64,000 bases of DNA, taken from positions 32,001 through 96,000 of the IMG/VR virus record IMGVR_UViG_2718218304_000001; one strand, given 5' to 3'. This document shows positions 20,765-31,495 of the stretch, piece by piece; position 1 is the stretch's first letter; each line of letters begins with the position of its first letter. The DNA is from a virus (lineage: Duplodnaviria; Heunggongvirae; Uroviricota; Caudoviricetes). Made by a program: the position numbers and the translations under genes. The notes beneath the pieces are model-generated. The model saw nothing but the letters and a program-made list of their open reading frames with translations. It was not told where the DNA came from and searched no databases.

Positions 20765-21574
20765 TCATCCAATAGTGTACTCCGCGACAAACTTCTTAAC
20801 GATCGGTGATTCTTCGTTCAATGTTAGATTTCCACCGTCTCTAACGGCAATTCCTGTCGCTGGAAATACAGCCATCATTTGCCCAGCCTGAGTTGACGCA
20901 GTGTTAAGCGGATACGGTTTTTCTGGATTGCTCATTAAAGCAATCTTAATACTATTACTTGTAGCCTTCTTTTCTGTGAGAAGGTGTCTCATGGAAATTA
21001 CCGTGTAAACACTAATATCTGGACCTCCGCTAAACCAATTAAGAAGGTTTAATATCTTATCCTTTGCTTTGACAGGCGCGTTATCGTAAGCGTCTAAGAA
21101 AATATCTTTTTCTAAGCCCGCTTTATTGAAAAACGAATCATCTTTATCACTTAAAGTAAAACGAGGACCTCTTGCAGTACGAGCTTTTTTATTTGTATTG
21201 CTATCATTTGACTGTTGAACTTTTAATTCATCATTAACCTCAACACACTCTTCAACCTCAATAAATCCCAATTGTTCTGGCTCGTTTTCGGCAGCTTCAA
21301 CACTTTCAGCGTTAATTACGTTTATAGGCTCATGCGCTAACTCCAACTCATTTAAAGCAGAGCTGAAATCACCTGCTTTTTCTTCATTGAAAAGTTCTTC
21401 GGCAACATCATCAGAACTCATGGCTACGCCAGCATCTAGGCCGAGCAGCAGATCGTCAATATCATCAGTATTTTCAACCTGTGCAGCTTTTTTTACTGGT
21501 TCATCAAGTGATTGCAACATGGCTGTCAGCTCGTCCAGATCATCATTTGTCATTACATTTTCAACCGAACTCAT
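20765..21574 (-). CDS. hypothetical acidic protein
   Basis: ORF track; Asp/Glu-rich N-terminal half. Confidence 0.4.
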   Translation of the reverse strand: MSSVENVMTNDDLDELTAMLQSLDEPVKKAAQVENTDDIDDLLLGLDAGVAMSSDDVAEELFNEEKAGDFSSALNELELAHEPINVINAESVEAAENEPEQLGFIEVEECVEVNDELKVQQSNDSNTNKKARTARGPRFTLSDKDDSFFNKAGLEKDIFLDAYDNAPVKAKDKILNLLNWFSGGPDISVYTVISMRHLLTEKKATSNSIKIALMSNPEKPYPLNTASTQAGQMMAVFPATGIAVRDGGNLTLNEESPIVKKFVAEYTIG

Positions 21575-21732
21575 GTAAGTCTCCTTCTGTTTGGTTACAT
21601 TTGCGTTTCGATGGCTGCATTTTGACTAAACCTATCAGGCGGAAAAGTATTAAATACAGGCAGAAAATGATTGAAAGGCGACTGTTCTTTAAAAAAAAGC
21701 CTACTTTAAACTTTTTAAAGTAGGCTTTTGTT

Positions 21733-22290
21733 TTACACAATTTCAGAGGGTAATTTAAAAAATCCGTACTTATTACGTGCCTTAAAGAAGCATTGCATCA
21801 TTAAGTTTGTGTCATATAAGGCACTATGTGCTTTGGCATGATCGTATATAAAGCCAAGAGAGAAGGCCAACTCTTCAAGGCGGGGACGTTTACCGTCTTC
21901 TGTGGCCCACAATCCCGATAACATAGTATCTATAACAGGAACTTCTGGCAGTCTTACTCCATACCCTGAAAACTCGTGTCGAATAAATGGTATATCAAAT
22001 GCTTCGCCGTTATGAGCAACCCACACACTACATGCCCCCATATAAGCGCCAATTTCGCTGGCATGATTTGACAACAAAGGTTCAGCTGCGAGCTGTTCCA
22101 ATGAAATGCCATGAACGGCTTGAGCTTTCGGATCTATGTTTCTGCGAGGGTTAAAACGCATCTCCAGACTATCAATATGTCTCTGTGTCTCCAGTTCATA
22201 GCGGGTAATTGCGATTTCAATAATTTTATGACCAGCAAGGAAATCCAGTCCCGTAGACTCGATATCGATGCCTGCAACAATCGTTGTCAT
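21733..22290 (-). CDS. DEDDh 3'-5' exonuclease (DnaQ/epsilon-like)
   Basis: Exo I DIESTG, Exo II HNGEAFDIPF, Exo III HSALYDT. Confidence 0.7.
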   Translation of the reverse strand: MTTIVAGIDIESTGLDFLAGHKIIEIAITRYELETQRHIDSLEMRFNPRRNIDPKAQAVHGISLEQLAAEPLLSNHASEIGAYMGACSVWVAHNGEAFDIPFIRHEFSGYGVRLPEVPVIDTMLSGLWATEDGKRPRLEELAFSLGFIYDHAKAHSALYDTNLMMQCFFKARNKYGFFKLPSEIV

Positions 22291-22299
22291 CAGAACTCC

Positions 22300-22719
22300 T
22301 TACAACTTCTTAGCGCCCTTAAGTAGTGCGCTACGTACAAATTGAGCCGCTTTTTTCAAAGTTTCTTCACTGGTTTCACAGACAATCGGATCTTTCCACT
22401 TACCTGACACAGTGTTGAGAATATTGATTTGGTTGCTATCCAGACAAACAGAGATATAAAGCACTGTGCCACCAGCCAGCATCAAATGCATAGGAAACAG
22501 AGGCTTTTTACTGCCTTCACTGAACTGAGACATGGCGATGTTAATGGCTTCACCCACTTGTGTACCAACAAGCCCCTGCGCAGTTTCGAATATGGCACGA
22601 ATAGCCAGACGAGCCTCTCGATCGCTCATAAGCGACCGGGAATGTTCGTCCGCTACACGAATCAAAGCCTCTGTTGTTTTCCGATCCAGTTCATCTTCAA
22701 GCAACATTTCACTAAACAT
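22300..22719 (-). CDS. hypothetical protein
   Basis: ORF track only. Confidence 0.3.
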   Translation of the reverse strand: MFSEMLLEDELDRKTTEALIRVADEHSRSLMSDREARLAIRAIFETAQGLVGTQVGEAINIAMSQFSEGSKKPLFPMHLMLAGGTVLYISVCLDSNQINILNTVSGKWKDPIVCETSEETLKKAAQFVRSALLKGAKKL

Positions 22720-22780
22720 TTTTTATCCTTAACCCATTTTGAGAGTTTTATTGTCGCAATGTCGAAGAGGCGAACAATTT

Positions 22781-23425
22781 CTAATGAACGGTCACTCGGC
22801 CACAGAACCGGTTTTCTATCTTTTCTACAGCGTTATCTAGCATTCTCATCACTGATCTGGCTCTTGCTTCAACCGTGCGATATCGGTTGGAAACGACGAA
22901 GGTTTGCAGATCTCCCCTTTGCGGATGCAGGTGAATTTTTGTCAGTTCCCCGCACATCAACGCATCAATACGAGCGACATACAGACGGTCTAATGATGCT
23001 CGTTGTGATCGCAAGTAATCTCGCTCTGAGAGAGCGACTCCCGGGCGTAAGCCAGCAATGGCGTTAAAGTTTGAAATAGCAGTTTTGTGGCAAAACTTTT
23101 CGATATCGAGGGCTAACTCAATACACCGATCTTCATTTGTATGGCCGACCAAATCCAACGTGTAGGCCATAACATCAGCAGGTGTGCGATCGATAACAAA
23201 GCCTTCAACACCACGCGTAAGTAGCTCTATATGCTTTGCTATTTCCATTTGAATCTGAAGCCGCTCATATAGAGGCATAGAATCACCTACTCGAACACCG
23301 AGGCGGCTCATCAAACTTCCGACACCAGCATCCACGTAAGGGATTCCGTAATGTTTGTCGATATATTTAGCCAGGGTTGTTTTCCCACTGCCCTGAGCAC
23401 CAGTGATCCCAATCCGGTAATCCAT
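22781..23425 (-). CDS. P-loop NTPase, putative nucleotide kinase
   Basis: Walker A GAQGSGKTT near the N-terminus; sits among nucleotide-metabolism genes. Confidence 0.45.
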   Translation of the reverse strand: MDYRIGITGAQGSGKTTLAKYIDKHYGIPYVDAGVGSLMSRLGVRVGDSMPLYERLQIQMEIAKHIELLTRGVEGFVIDRTPADVMAYTLDLVGHTNEDRCIELALDIEKFCHKTAISNFNAIAGLRPGVALSERDYLRSQRASLDRLYVARIDALMCGELTKIHLHPQRGDLQTFVVSNRYRTVEARARSVMRMLDNAVEKIENRFCGRVTVH

Positions 23426-23901
23426 TACGACCTTCTGTATACGATCTGCGAAAAGCCAGGCTCTTCCTCGCTGGCTCGTTGGGTATAAGCTGTTTCAACA
23501 GGCACAAAGCCTAAGTTACGCATCATGCTTGCCGGGAAGAATGCATCGGCGTTTGGTACATCAACGCCGATGTGGGAGAGCCAAATCTCTTCAACATGCG
23601 GCATGAATAGCGAGTAAATTTGTTCCCCGCCAATCACCCACACAGGCTCTGGTAATCGCAACACATCATCCACACCAGCAAGGTAGAATCCATTTGGTAC
23701 AAAGCCATGAGAGCGCGTCAAAACGAGGTTATGACGCTCTGGAAGAGGGCGTTTGAGACTTTCCATCGTTTTACGTCCCATAACGACAGTGGCGTTTTTG
23801 GTGAGTCTCTTAAATAGCTTCAGATCGGTAGAACAACGCCAGGGGAGTTCATTCGCTATGCCGATCTCATAGTTACGGCCAACAGCAGCGATCATCTTCA
23901 T
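23425..23901 (-). CDS. dihydrofolate reductase
   Basis: MKMIAAVGRNYEIG..LPW..VVMGRKT..LP.R.N.VLTR...WVIGGEQIY follows the FolA family pattern. Confidence 0.8.
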   Translation of the reverse strand: MKMIAAVGRNYEIGIANELPWRCSTDLKLFKRLTKNATVVMGRKTMESLKRPLPERHNLVLTRSHGFVPNGFYLAGVDDVLRLPEPVWVIGGEQIYSLFMPHVEEIWLSHIGVDVPNADAFFPASMMRNLGFVPVETAYTQRASEEEPGFSQIVYRRS

Positions 23902-24311
23902 TTGCTCACCTCATAGATGACCGGTCGATGGTGAGAGTCGGCTAAAGCGGCACGGAGTCGAGGATCGTGCACCAGCGCAGCGATAAGCAGATCGCCTTTA
24001 TGCTCCGCTAATGTGCGCTTAATATGCTTCTCATAACTGGTGCCATTCGGTACGAGATGAAGCCAGTCATAATCAACGCCAAAATCTTTCAGCCATCGTT
24101 TAGTTGGCGCTTCAAGAGTTTCAGAGCGGCTACTGATAAGCACCACTTCAGCCCCTGAGCGAGCAAAACCACGCAACATACGGCTGGTGGGGAAAATGAG
24201 TTCATCACCGGCAATGAGCTGGCCTGCATCCGCGTCAGATACTGATTTACGATGGCTGGCATTTGCCAGCACACCTTCAATTTCGCATAAGACATACATA
24301 CCTCTTGCCAT
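23898..24311 (-). CDS. hypothetical protein (possibly HAD-like fold, catalytic motif not evident)
   Basis: Start refined to the ATG at 24311, one nt after the thyA stop. Confidence 0.25.
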   Translation of the reverse strand: MARGMYVLCEIEGVLANASHRKSVSDADAGQLIAGDELIFPTSRMLRGFARSGAEVVLISSRSETLEAPTKRWLKDFGVDYDWLHLVPNGTSYEKHIKRTLAEHKGDLLIAALVHDPRLRAALADSHHRPVIYEVSK

Positions 24312-24312
24312 A

Positions 24313-25443
24313 TCACACCGCCACTGGAACCTTGATCCACGGTAGAGGGTCATAGCCAAGAATTAAAACCTCGTCCCATTTGAAATCATCCAACTCTGAC
24401 CATTCATGAGGGAAAATAACGACCGGATCTGAATGCTCTGGAGCCTGTCGCTTCATTAGCTCACACACACCTTCCATGTGGTTGTTGTACAAATGCACGT
24501 CAAAGCCAAAATGCACAAATGCACCGGCCATGTGACCCGTAATCTTCGCGAGAAAATGAGTGAGAATGCCATAGCCAGCAATATTGAATGGCATACCAAC
24601 AAAAGTGTCTACGCTACGCTGTACGAGGCAGGAGTTGAGGATGCGTTTGGGGATTCCAAGTTCATCCAGTTCAGCTTCAGTAACACTGCCGTCCATCTCC
24701 AGATCGTATAGCATCTTGGTGTAGATAGACTCGTAACCGAGGCGACTGTGTTGAAGACCAATGTCAGTTGCCATCGTTAAACGGGTTTCAAAATCCAGCT
24801 CACGACTCCACAAAGAGAAGACAAAGTGGCAAGGTGGCAGTTTCATATCCTCAAGCTCGCCTACGTTCCATGCGTTAAGCATGATGCGACGATCGGTAGG
24901 GTTCGTGCGCAGTGTATCGACAATACGCTGTAGCTGATCGATTTCACGGGACAGCACTACGCGATCTTCACTGATACCCAGGTATCCCTCGACTTTGTAC
25001 CCGCGTTCACGGAAAGTATCGATCTTGCTCAGATATTCACTATGGCTCACGATGCGGGTATCTTCCCATCGACGCCACTGCTTACCGTAAACCGGCCCCA
25101 AATCGCCATTCTCATCGGCCCATGCATCCCAAATCTTAACGCCGTTATCCTTGAGAAATTGGATGTTGCCCGTGCCTTTCAGATACCACTCAAGTTCGAC
25201 AAGTAGTGGCTTAAGATTTACCGCCTTTCCAGAAATAAGCGGCACAGTCCCACCAGTAAGCATGTAGTAAGAGGGAACGTAGCAGGTGCTTAAAGTACCA
25301 GTGCCTGTGCGATCATCAGCCTGCACGCCGCTTTTAAGCACCGTCTCAATAACTTTTGCATACGATGCGTTTGTTACCTGACCGTTCGTATGCTCACGAT
25401 TCAAAAGGAGTGACACAAAAACCTCACAAAGATAAGTAACCAC
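24313..25443 (-). CDS. thyA: thymidylate synthase (long form with two internal insertions)
   Basis: DRTGTGT, WADENGDLGPVYGKQWR, NAWNVGEL..PPCH, SVDTFVGMPFNIA, DVHLYNNH, GYDP match ThyA; 376 aa against ~264 in E. coli. Confidence 0.85.
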   Translation of the reverse strand: MVTYLCEVFVSLLLNREHTNGQVTNASYAKVIETVLKSGVQADDRTGTGTLSTCYVPSYYMLTGGTVPLISGKAVNLKPLLVELEWYLKGTGNIQFLKDNGVKIWDAWADENGDLGPVYGKQWRRWEDTRIVSHSEYLSKIDTFRERGYKVEGYLGISEDRVVLSREIDQLQRIVDTLRTNPTDRRIMLNAWNVGELEDMKLPPCHFVFSLWSRELDFETRLTMATDIGLQHSRLGYESIYTKMLYDLEMDGSVTEAELDELGIPKRILNSCLVQRSVDTFVGMPFNIAGYGILTHFLAKITGHMAGAFVHFGFDVHLYNNHMEGVCELMKRQAPEHSDPVVIFPHEWSELDDFKWDEVLILGYDPLPWIKVPVAV

Positions 25444-25493
25444 TTATTCATTGCGTGAGTTTACATTTATTGAGAGAACAAGACCAGACAGAT

Positions 25494-25520
25494 AAAAAAA
25501 TGGTGGCCATAGGCCACCAA
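25494..25520 (-). terminator. rho-independent terminator (TGGTGGCCATAGGCCACCA + U-run)
   Basis: Perfect hairpin flanked by A7 on the plus strand (U7 on the minus strand). Confidence 0.55.
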
Positions 25521-25587
25521 AAACGAATAGTTGTTTCAGAAATTTAACGCGCCAATGCAATATACACAGATAGATAACTACCTACAA

Positions 25588-26457
25588 TTATTTTTTGAAC
25601 ATTCCGTACATTGCTGAGGCTTTAGCTTGCTCAACAAAGGAGGATAAATCGACATCACTATAGGTTGGAGACTTCAGAATCTTTCCATCGGAAATTCGAA
25701 AACCGATCATCTTATCGGTGCCATCAGCATGGCGAAATCCCAGGTCAGAAGAGTCGTATTTGCAGTTGGCCACAGCATGGCGACGCTCTTCGGCATCTGC
25801 AGGCCATAATTTTGTCATGTTGGACCGATGAATTTCGCCAACCAGCTCGACGACATTGATACCGAGGAAATCAGCCAGTCGATAGGTCATCATGCACGCC
25901 ACATAGATTTTGTTCATTACACGGCGCAGTTCCTGAATCAGTTCAGAATCCTTAACAGTCTTGTTCTCAAGTTTATCTGCCAGCTCTTCGAGCATATATG
26001 ACGCCTCACGAGCTTCCTGAAATGGCATTGCCATATCATCGAAAACAGTGTTACCAGGCACAAAAATTGTCTGCATAAAGCGATCAATGCTCTGTTCCTG
26101 CGTGTAATAGGTCATGCCGGTAGAAATACCACCTTTGATGGCGACCATCGTACCAACACCAACGTATAAAAAGTCGGCCATTGCATCCAGCAGTTGCTCA
26201 ATATCCCCATTCATTGCAGCTGGAATACCTTCCACTACAGCTTCTTCATGAATCAGGCTTGCACGGAGACGAAGCAGCTCTGGTGTCGGCATAACGCGTC
26301 TCGGATGCTGGAAGAGTTCATGAAACTGATCGACCATCTTGTAAATACTTTCAGTAGCTACACCATGACCTTCATGCAACTCATATGGTTCTGGCTTAAA
26401 TCCAATGAGACGATCGGTGGCAAGTTTCAGGTGGTCAGTCAGTTTGGTAAAGTTCAT
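25588..26457 (-). CDS. MazG-like nucleotide pyrophosphohydrolase (tandem domains, tentative)
   Basis: EExxE-type acidic helices (IHEEAVVEG, LEELADKLE); tentative. Confidence 0.4.
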   Translation of the reverse strand: MNFTKLTDHLKLATDRLIGFKPEPYELHEGHGVATESIYKMVDQFHELFQHPRRVMPTPELLRLRASLIHEEAVVEGIPAAMNGDIEQLLDAMADFLYVGVGTMVAIKGGISTGMTYYTQEQSIDRFMQTIFVPGNTVFDDMAMPFQEAREASYMLEELADKLENKTVKDSELIQELRRVMNKIYVACMMTYRLADFLGINVVELVGEIHRSNMTKLWPADAEERRHAVANCKYDSSDLGFRHADGTDKMIGFRISDGKILKSPTYSDVDLSSFVEQAKASAMYGMFKK

Positions 26458-26534
26458 GCTAGTTTTGTTCCTTCTTAATTCTTGTGATCCATTGTGGCCC
26501 AGCGTTGCCAGGCCACATAATGCTTTGTATCGGT

Positions 26535-27677
26535 TTACAGGTCTGCAAACTGGCTTAGAGAAGCCTTATCCACGGTAGAATCGATCTGACCTACCAGATA
26601 TGTGCTTTGCTCTGCCTCTTGTGGCGCAATTTGCAGTGTGTCGGTTAACAACCACTTGTTCATCCAGACCAGCGGATCAGTGGTAACTTCTGGAAATAAA
26701 GCCTTCAGGCCAAGACGATTCATAGCCAGATTGGTGCGGTATTTTACATAGGTTTTGAGAATATCCGCGTTTAAACCAATCATCGAACCGTCTTTGAAGA
26801 GATAGTCTGCCCAGTTCATTTCTTGTTCGGCGACTGATTTCATGGTGTCGTAAATGACGTTTTCTTCATCAGCAGCAATCTCTTTCCACAATAAACCTTC
26901 GCGACCGGTACGCATGAAGCGGATCATGCGTTCAGTTCCTTCGCAATGCAGAGCTTCATCACGGGCAATAAAGCGCATAATTTTGGTGTTACCCTCAAGC
27001 AACTTCCGTTCACCAAAGGCAAACGTACATGCAAAACTTACGTAGAAACGGATCGCCTCAAGCGCATTAATGGACACCAACGTGCGGAAAAGCTGACGAT
27101 GCAAAGGGTATGGCTCCCAGCCATATTCATTTACGTACAGACGCTCAAATTCCTTCTCACCTAACGACTGGCGCTCGCAGGTCATCCCATAAAGCCTGTC
27201 ATATTCAGCAGAGATACTGATCGCTCGGTTGATGATTTCTTCATCCGTAACAATACCGTCAAAAACAATGCTCGGATCGTCCACCATGCCACGAATAATG
27301 TGGGTGTAGCTGCGGCTATGGATAGTCTCAGAGAAAGACCACGTTTCAACCCACGTTTCCAGTTCAGGAATAGAGATAAGCGGCAGAAGCGTTGCATTTG
27401 GGCTACGTCCCTGAACTGAATCGAGTAACGTTTGATAACGGAGATTGCTCAGAAAAATGTGACGTTCGTGGTCCCGCAGCTTCGTGTTGAAGTCGATACG
27501 ATCACTCGAAATATCAACTTCTTCCGGCCGCCAGAAGAAAGACAATTGACGTTCAATCAACTTTTCAAAATCACGGTATTTTTGCTGATCGTAACGTGCC
27601 ACGTTGACAGATTGTCCGAGGAACATAGGCTCTTTGGTTGCATCATTAGCACCCAAACGGAACGTTGAATATGACAT
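26535..27677 (-). CDS. nrdB: ribonucleotide reductase class Ia beta subunit
   Basis: 380 aa with a diiron/tyrosyl-radical subunit pattern; directly downstream of nrdA. Confidence 0.85.
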   Translation of the reverse strand: MSYSTFRLGANDATKEPMFLGQSVNVARYDQQKYRDFEKLIERQLSFFWRPEEVDISSDRIDFNTKLRDHERHIFLSNLRYQTLLDSVQGRSPNATLLPLISIPELETWVETWSFSETIHSRSYTHIIRGMVDDPSIVFDGIVTDEEIINRAISISAEYDRLYGMTCERQSLGEKEFERLYVNEYGWEPYPLHRQLFRTLVSINALEAIRFYVSFACTFAFGERKLLEGNTKIMRFIARDEALHCEGTERMIRFMRTGREGLLWKEIAADEENVIYDTMKSVAEQEMNWADYLFKDGSMIGLNADILKTYVKYRTNLAMNRLGLKALFPEVTTDPLVWMNKWLLTDTLQIAPQEAEQSTYLVGQIDSTVDKASLSQFADL

Positions 27678-27783
27678 GTGTTTTTCCTTTTTCTTTTTTA
27701 GTGCGTTTAAACAAGTTGTTATCTTATGTGTTTAAACAAGGCTTACAAATCAAAGAGAAGGTGGGGATATCCCCCACCATATG

Positions 27784-30099
27784 TCAGATTTTGCAGGCTC
27801 CGTCGCACTCATCTTCTGGCTCGACGGCTACAGCTTGCGTCAGTGGATTCTGCGGTTCGTCGTCATCACGCTTTCCTGCCCCATCTCTGGTGTTGTGGTA
27901 GTAAAGCGTTTTAACTCCCATCTTGTAGGCGAGAAGCAAATCTGACAGTAGCGTCATCATTGGGACTTTATCGCCTTCAAAGCGAGAAGGGTCATAGTTG
28001 GTATTGGCTGAAATAGCCTGGTCAAAGAACTTCTGGATGATCGCCACCTTTGTCAGATAGCCGCGGTTGTCCGGCATATCCCACAGGTATTCATACTGTT
28101 CCTTCAGTTTTTCAAACTCAGGCACGACCATCTTAACGATGCCGTCCTTAGAAGATTTCACCGACACCGGGCCACGAGGCGGTTCGATGCCGTTGGTGGA
28201 ATTAGTGATCTGGCTGGAAGTCTCGCATGGCATTTGTGCCGTCAGTGTGGAGTTGCGAAGGCCGTATTTTGCAATACGTTCACGCAGTTCTTCCCACGGC
28301 ATCTTTAACTCAAAGTTGGTTTCGCCACTTTCGTCTAATGAAGAACGGTAATGGTCGATCGGCAACTGACCAATTGCGTACTTGGTCTGCTCAAACCAGT
28401 CACACTCACCTTTTGCTTCAGCAAGTCGGCAGCTGGCATCAAGAAGGTAATACTGGATAGCTTCGAACGTTTCATGCACCAGTTTATTGTCAGCGGTATC
28501 AGAATAACGAACGCCATTCTTTGCCAGGTAATAAGCAAAGTTGGTTACACCAATTCCCAAGCTACGACGAGCTTTGGCAGGCACTTCGGCTGCCTCCATC
28601 GGATAGTCTTGATAATCCAGTAACGAATCCAGTGCAGCAACGGCATAGAACGCCACCTCTTTAAGAGACTCCAGTGAACGGATGGCTCCGAGGTTAAAAG
28701 CGGATAAAGTGCATAGCGCGATCTCACCGTTCGGGTCGTCGGTAAATGCCAGTGGACGAGTGGGTAGAGTGATCTCCATGCACAGGTTTGACTGGCGAAC
28801 AGGTGCAAGAGCAGGAATGAAAGCGCCATGCTCGTTAATATGATCGACGTTCGCAATATAAATTCGGCCCGTGGACGCTCGTTCCTGCATCAGAGATGAG
28901 AACAGCTCAATGGCAGGTACTGACTTCTTGCGAATTGAATCATCGGCTTCGTATTTATGGTACAGCTTTTCAAACAGATCCTGGTCTGTGAAGAAGGCTT
29001 CGTACATATCAGGCACATCATGCGGGCTGAACAGAGTGATGTTCTCGCTTCTGACGAGTCGACGGTACATTAGACGGTTACTCATGACGCCGTAATCAAG
29101 ATGGCGAACGCGGTTTTCATCAATACCACGGTTATTTTTCACCACCAGCAGACTTTCAACTTCAAGATGCCAGATCGGGTAAAACGCTGTTGCTGCGCCA
29201 CCACGAACACCACCTTGCGAGCAAGATTTAACAGCAGTCTGGAAATGCTTCAGGAATGGAATAACTCCGGTATGGGTGGCTTCACCATTGCGGATCTCAC
29301 TGCCCAGCGCACGGATACGGCCAAAACCAATACCAATTCCAGCACGACGTGAAACGTAGTCGATAATTGCGGCTGAAGCTGCACTAATCCCTTTCAGACT
29401 ATCGCCAGACTCAATCAGCACACAACTGGAGAACTGACGGGTTGGAGTACGGACGCCGGCCATGATTGGTGTGGGCAGAGACAGTTTGAACGTACTTGTA
29501 ACGTCATAGAAACCTTTGACCATCTCCATACGTGTTTTGCCCGCGCAGTCGTCTTCCCAATTCTGGAACAGACACATGCCCACCAGCATATAGATATGTT
29601 GCGGGCCTTCGTGAATCTCACCAGTAACACGGTTTTGAACGAGGTATTTGCTTTGCAACTGCACCGTAGCTGCATAGCCAAAAAGATCGTCACGTTTCGG
29701 CTTAATGTAATTGCCGAGTTCTTCGATCTCTTCAAACGAATAATGTGTCAGCAAATCCTTGTCATAAACGCCCTTGTTAACGTTCTTGACAATGTGTTGG
29801 TAGAAGTTCGGATAGTCGTAACGACCGAAGGCATCTTTGCGGATTTTAAAAATGTTCAGGCGGGCAGCCACCTGTGAGTAATTTGGTGCTTCTGGTGAGA
29901 TCAAATCAGCGGCAGATTTAACCAAAGCCTCATGCAACTGGCTGGTGGTAATCCCATCAAAAATGCTGGCCGCAGCTCCCATTGCTACAGCGGATGCGCT
30001 TACACCACGAATGCCTTCTACGCCATACATTACGACGCGGTTGTATTTTTCTTCGGATAACGGCTCTGTTTGGCCGTTACGTTTTACGATGCTTATCAT
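27784..30099 (-). CDS. nrdA: ribonucleotide reductase class Ia alpha subunit
   Basis: 771 aa; N-terminal ATP-cone and a C-terminal Cys pair (CDGACKI). Confidence 0.9.
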   Translation of the reverse strand: MISIVKRNGQTEPLSEEKYNRVVMYGVEGIRGVSASAVAMGAAASIFDGITTSQLHEALVKSAADLISPEAPNYSQVAARLNIFKIRKDAFGRYDYPNFYQHIVKNVNKGVYDKDLLTHYSFEEIEELGNYIKPKRDDLFGYAATVQLQSKYLVQNRVTGEIHEGPQHIYMLVGMCLFQNWEDDCAGKTRMEMVKGFYDVTSTFKLSLPTPIMAGVRTPTRQFSSCVLIESGDSLKGISAASAAIIDYVSRRAGIGIGFGRIRALGSEIRNGEATHTGVIPFLKHFQTAVKSCSQGGVRGGAATAFYPIWHLEVESLLVVKNNRGIDENRVRHLDYGVMSNRLMYRRLVRSENITLFSPHDVPDMYEAFFTDQDLFEKLYHKYEADDSIRKKSVPAIELFSSLMQERASTGRIYIANVDHINEHGAFIPALAPVRQSNLCMEITLPTRPLAFTDDPNGEIALCTLSAFNLGAIRSLESLKEVAFYAVAALDSLLDYQDYPMEAAEVPAKARRSLGIGVTNFAYYLAKNGVRYSDTADNKLVHETFEAIQYYLLDASCRLAEAKGECDWFEQTKYAIGQLPIDHYRSSLDESGETNFELKMPWEELRERIAKYGLRNSTLTAQMPCETSSQITNSTNGIEPPRGPVSVKSSKDGIVKMVVPEFEKLKEQYEYLWDMPDNRGYLTKVAIIQKFFDQAISANTNYDPSRFEGDKVPMMTLLSDLLLAYKMGVKTLYYHNTRDGAGKRDDDEPQNPLTQAVAVEPEDECDGACKI

Positions 30100-30140
30100 G
30101 TATCACCAAATAAAGAGGGCCACTAAATATAGTGGCCCAT

Positions 30141-30170
30141 GTTAATAGATAAGTACTTACCTATCAATGA
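30141..30170 (-). promoter_or_regulatory. sigma70-like promoter overlapping a palindrome (TTGATA-17 bp-TAACAT) upstream of nrdA
   Basis: Minus strand reads TTGATAGGTAAGTACTTATCTATTAACAT; member of the motif-2 family. Confidence 0.4.
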
Positions 30171-30172
30171 AA

Positions 30173-30742
30173 TCAAATGAGAGACTTAAGAACATCGCGC
30201 ACCTGGCGGAACTGATCTGTTTGCATACCGGTATGGATGGCAGCCACCGCATCAGCCAAATGTTCGTTTTTGTTCACGAGAACATCCTGTCCAGATTGCT
30301 TACGACGCAGCCACGGTGCTTTAGGGTGTTTTTTCGTAGCCCACTGGATAATCTCTTCTTTCGATGTAGTAAGTTTATTGCCGACAAAATGCTTGATTTC
30401 GTTTGGAGTAACCTGGATCAATGGCTTATCCACACACGCAAGTACACCGATACAAATACCGTAAGACGTCTGCGAACGAGAGTTTTGGCTCCCAACCGGT
30501 AGCTCACAAAAAACCATATTTGCCTTATCAATGATTGGCTTCGCAACACGCCATATTTCACTGGCGCGGCGCAGATCGTCACTGTTCACACGAACGGTCT
30601 TTTTGTTACTCCCCGCTTTAGTCTCAACAAGAGTAAGGCCGTGAATCTCAAGTTCGTCCGTTTCAAGGTCTAAAGTGCCCACAGCAAGCCCAAAGTTGCT
30701 CATAGAGGGATCAACACCAACTACGCTGATTTTTTTACTCAT
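30173..30742 (-). CDS. RuvC-like Holliday junction resolvase
   Basis: N-terminal VVGVDPS acidic motif and RNase-H-like pattern. Confidence 0.5.
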   Translation of the reverse strand: MSKKISVVGVDPSMSNFGLAVGTLDLETDELEIHGLTLVETKAGSNKKTVRVNSDDLRRASEIWRVAKPIIDKANMVFCELPVGSQNSRSQTSYGICIGVLACVDKPLIQVTPNEIKHFVGNKLTTSKEEIIQWATKKHPKAPWLRRKQSGQDVLVNKNEHLADAVAAIHTGMQTDQFRQVRDVLKSLI

Positions 30743-30751
30743 ATAGTCTCC

Positions 30752-31495
30752 TTACCATGTTCCCCATATAGGGTTTTCCAATAATCTCGCCTCCAACGAA
30801 TTGGCTACTATTGCCGTTTGCAACGTTGGTTGGGGATAGTTTGCAAAGTCTGAATACTCATTTTCCTGCGTGACACGTTTATCTACGGCATGTTTAACGC
30901 CACTTGCTATGAAATGACGCATGATGCCCAACAGCCTCCGACTGTCTGCACTATCGTTTGCTAAAACATGAGGGAGCTGAAGTTCGATTTCTACCATTTC
31001 TCCATACTTACCAACAAACTGTAGTTTGTCCGCACTGTACTTTTTATCCCTCCTTTGGATAAGGAAACCAGTAAAAGCATCACCTGGCGATGCCAAACTA
31101 TCCACCCGCTTATTGGCAAGTCGAATAAGGTTCGTGAAAGCCATACAGAGATGCGCATCCATTGCCCCAAAGAACCCTTCGCTATCAATGTTAAGATCTT
31201 CAGTTTCATGGGTTGCGATAAACCCAGGCCCGACGTTGGGGAGATATCCCCCCTCAACAAAAGGATTAATCAGGATCGGCGCAATACATCCAGGTGGTAG
31301 TGATTTCAAACTTTGCATCAATGGTGTCTCGGATATTAGACCAAGCAACGCGGCGAATTGCACTCCGTCAATATTGTTGCTGCCCCACAGAATACGTGGA
31401 GCCGCACCATTGGAGGTATGCCCATTGATCAGTTTTATCGACTGCATCACTGCAAATACCTGCAAAAACTGCGAGCGGCTTAATTTAAACGACAT
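30752..31495 (-). CDS. hypothetical protein
   Basis: ORF track only; within the recombination gene block. Confidence 0.3.
   Translation of the reverse strand: MSFKLSRSQFLQVFAVMQSIKLINGHTSNGAAPRILWGSNNIDGVQFAALLGLISETPLMQSLKSLPPGCIAPILINPFVEGGYLPNVGPGFIATHETEDLNIDSEGFFGAMDAHLCMAFTNLIRLANKRVDSLASPGDAFTGFLIQRRDKKYSADKLQFVGKYGEMVEIELQLPHVLANDSADSRRLLGIMRHFIASGVKHAVDKRVTQENEYSDFANYPQPTLQTAIVANSLEARLLENPIWGTW

Noticed and set aside
20578-20790. 70-aa ORF between the Dam-like and acidic-protein genes
   Set aside because: Overlaps a strong terminator hairpin and a promoter palindrome; no RBS.
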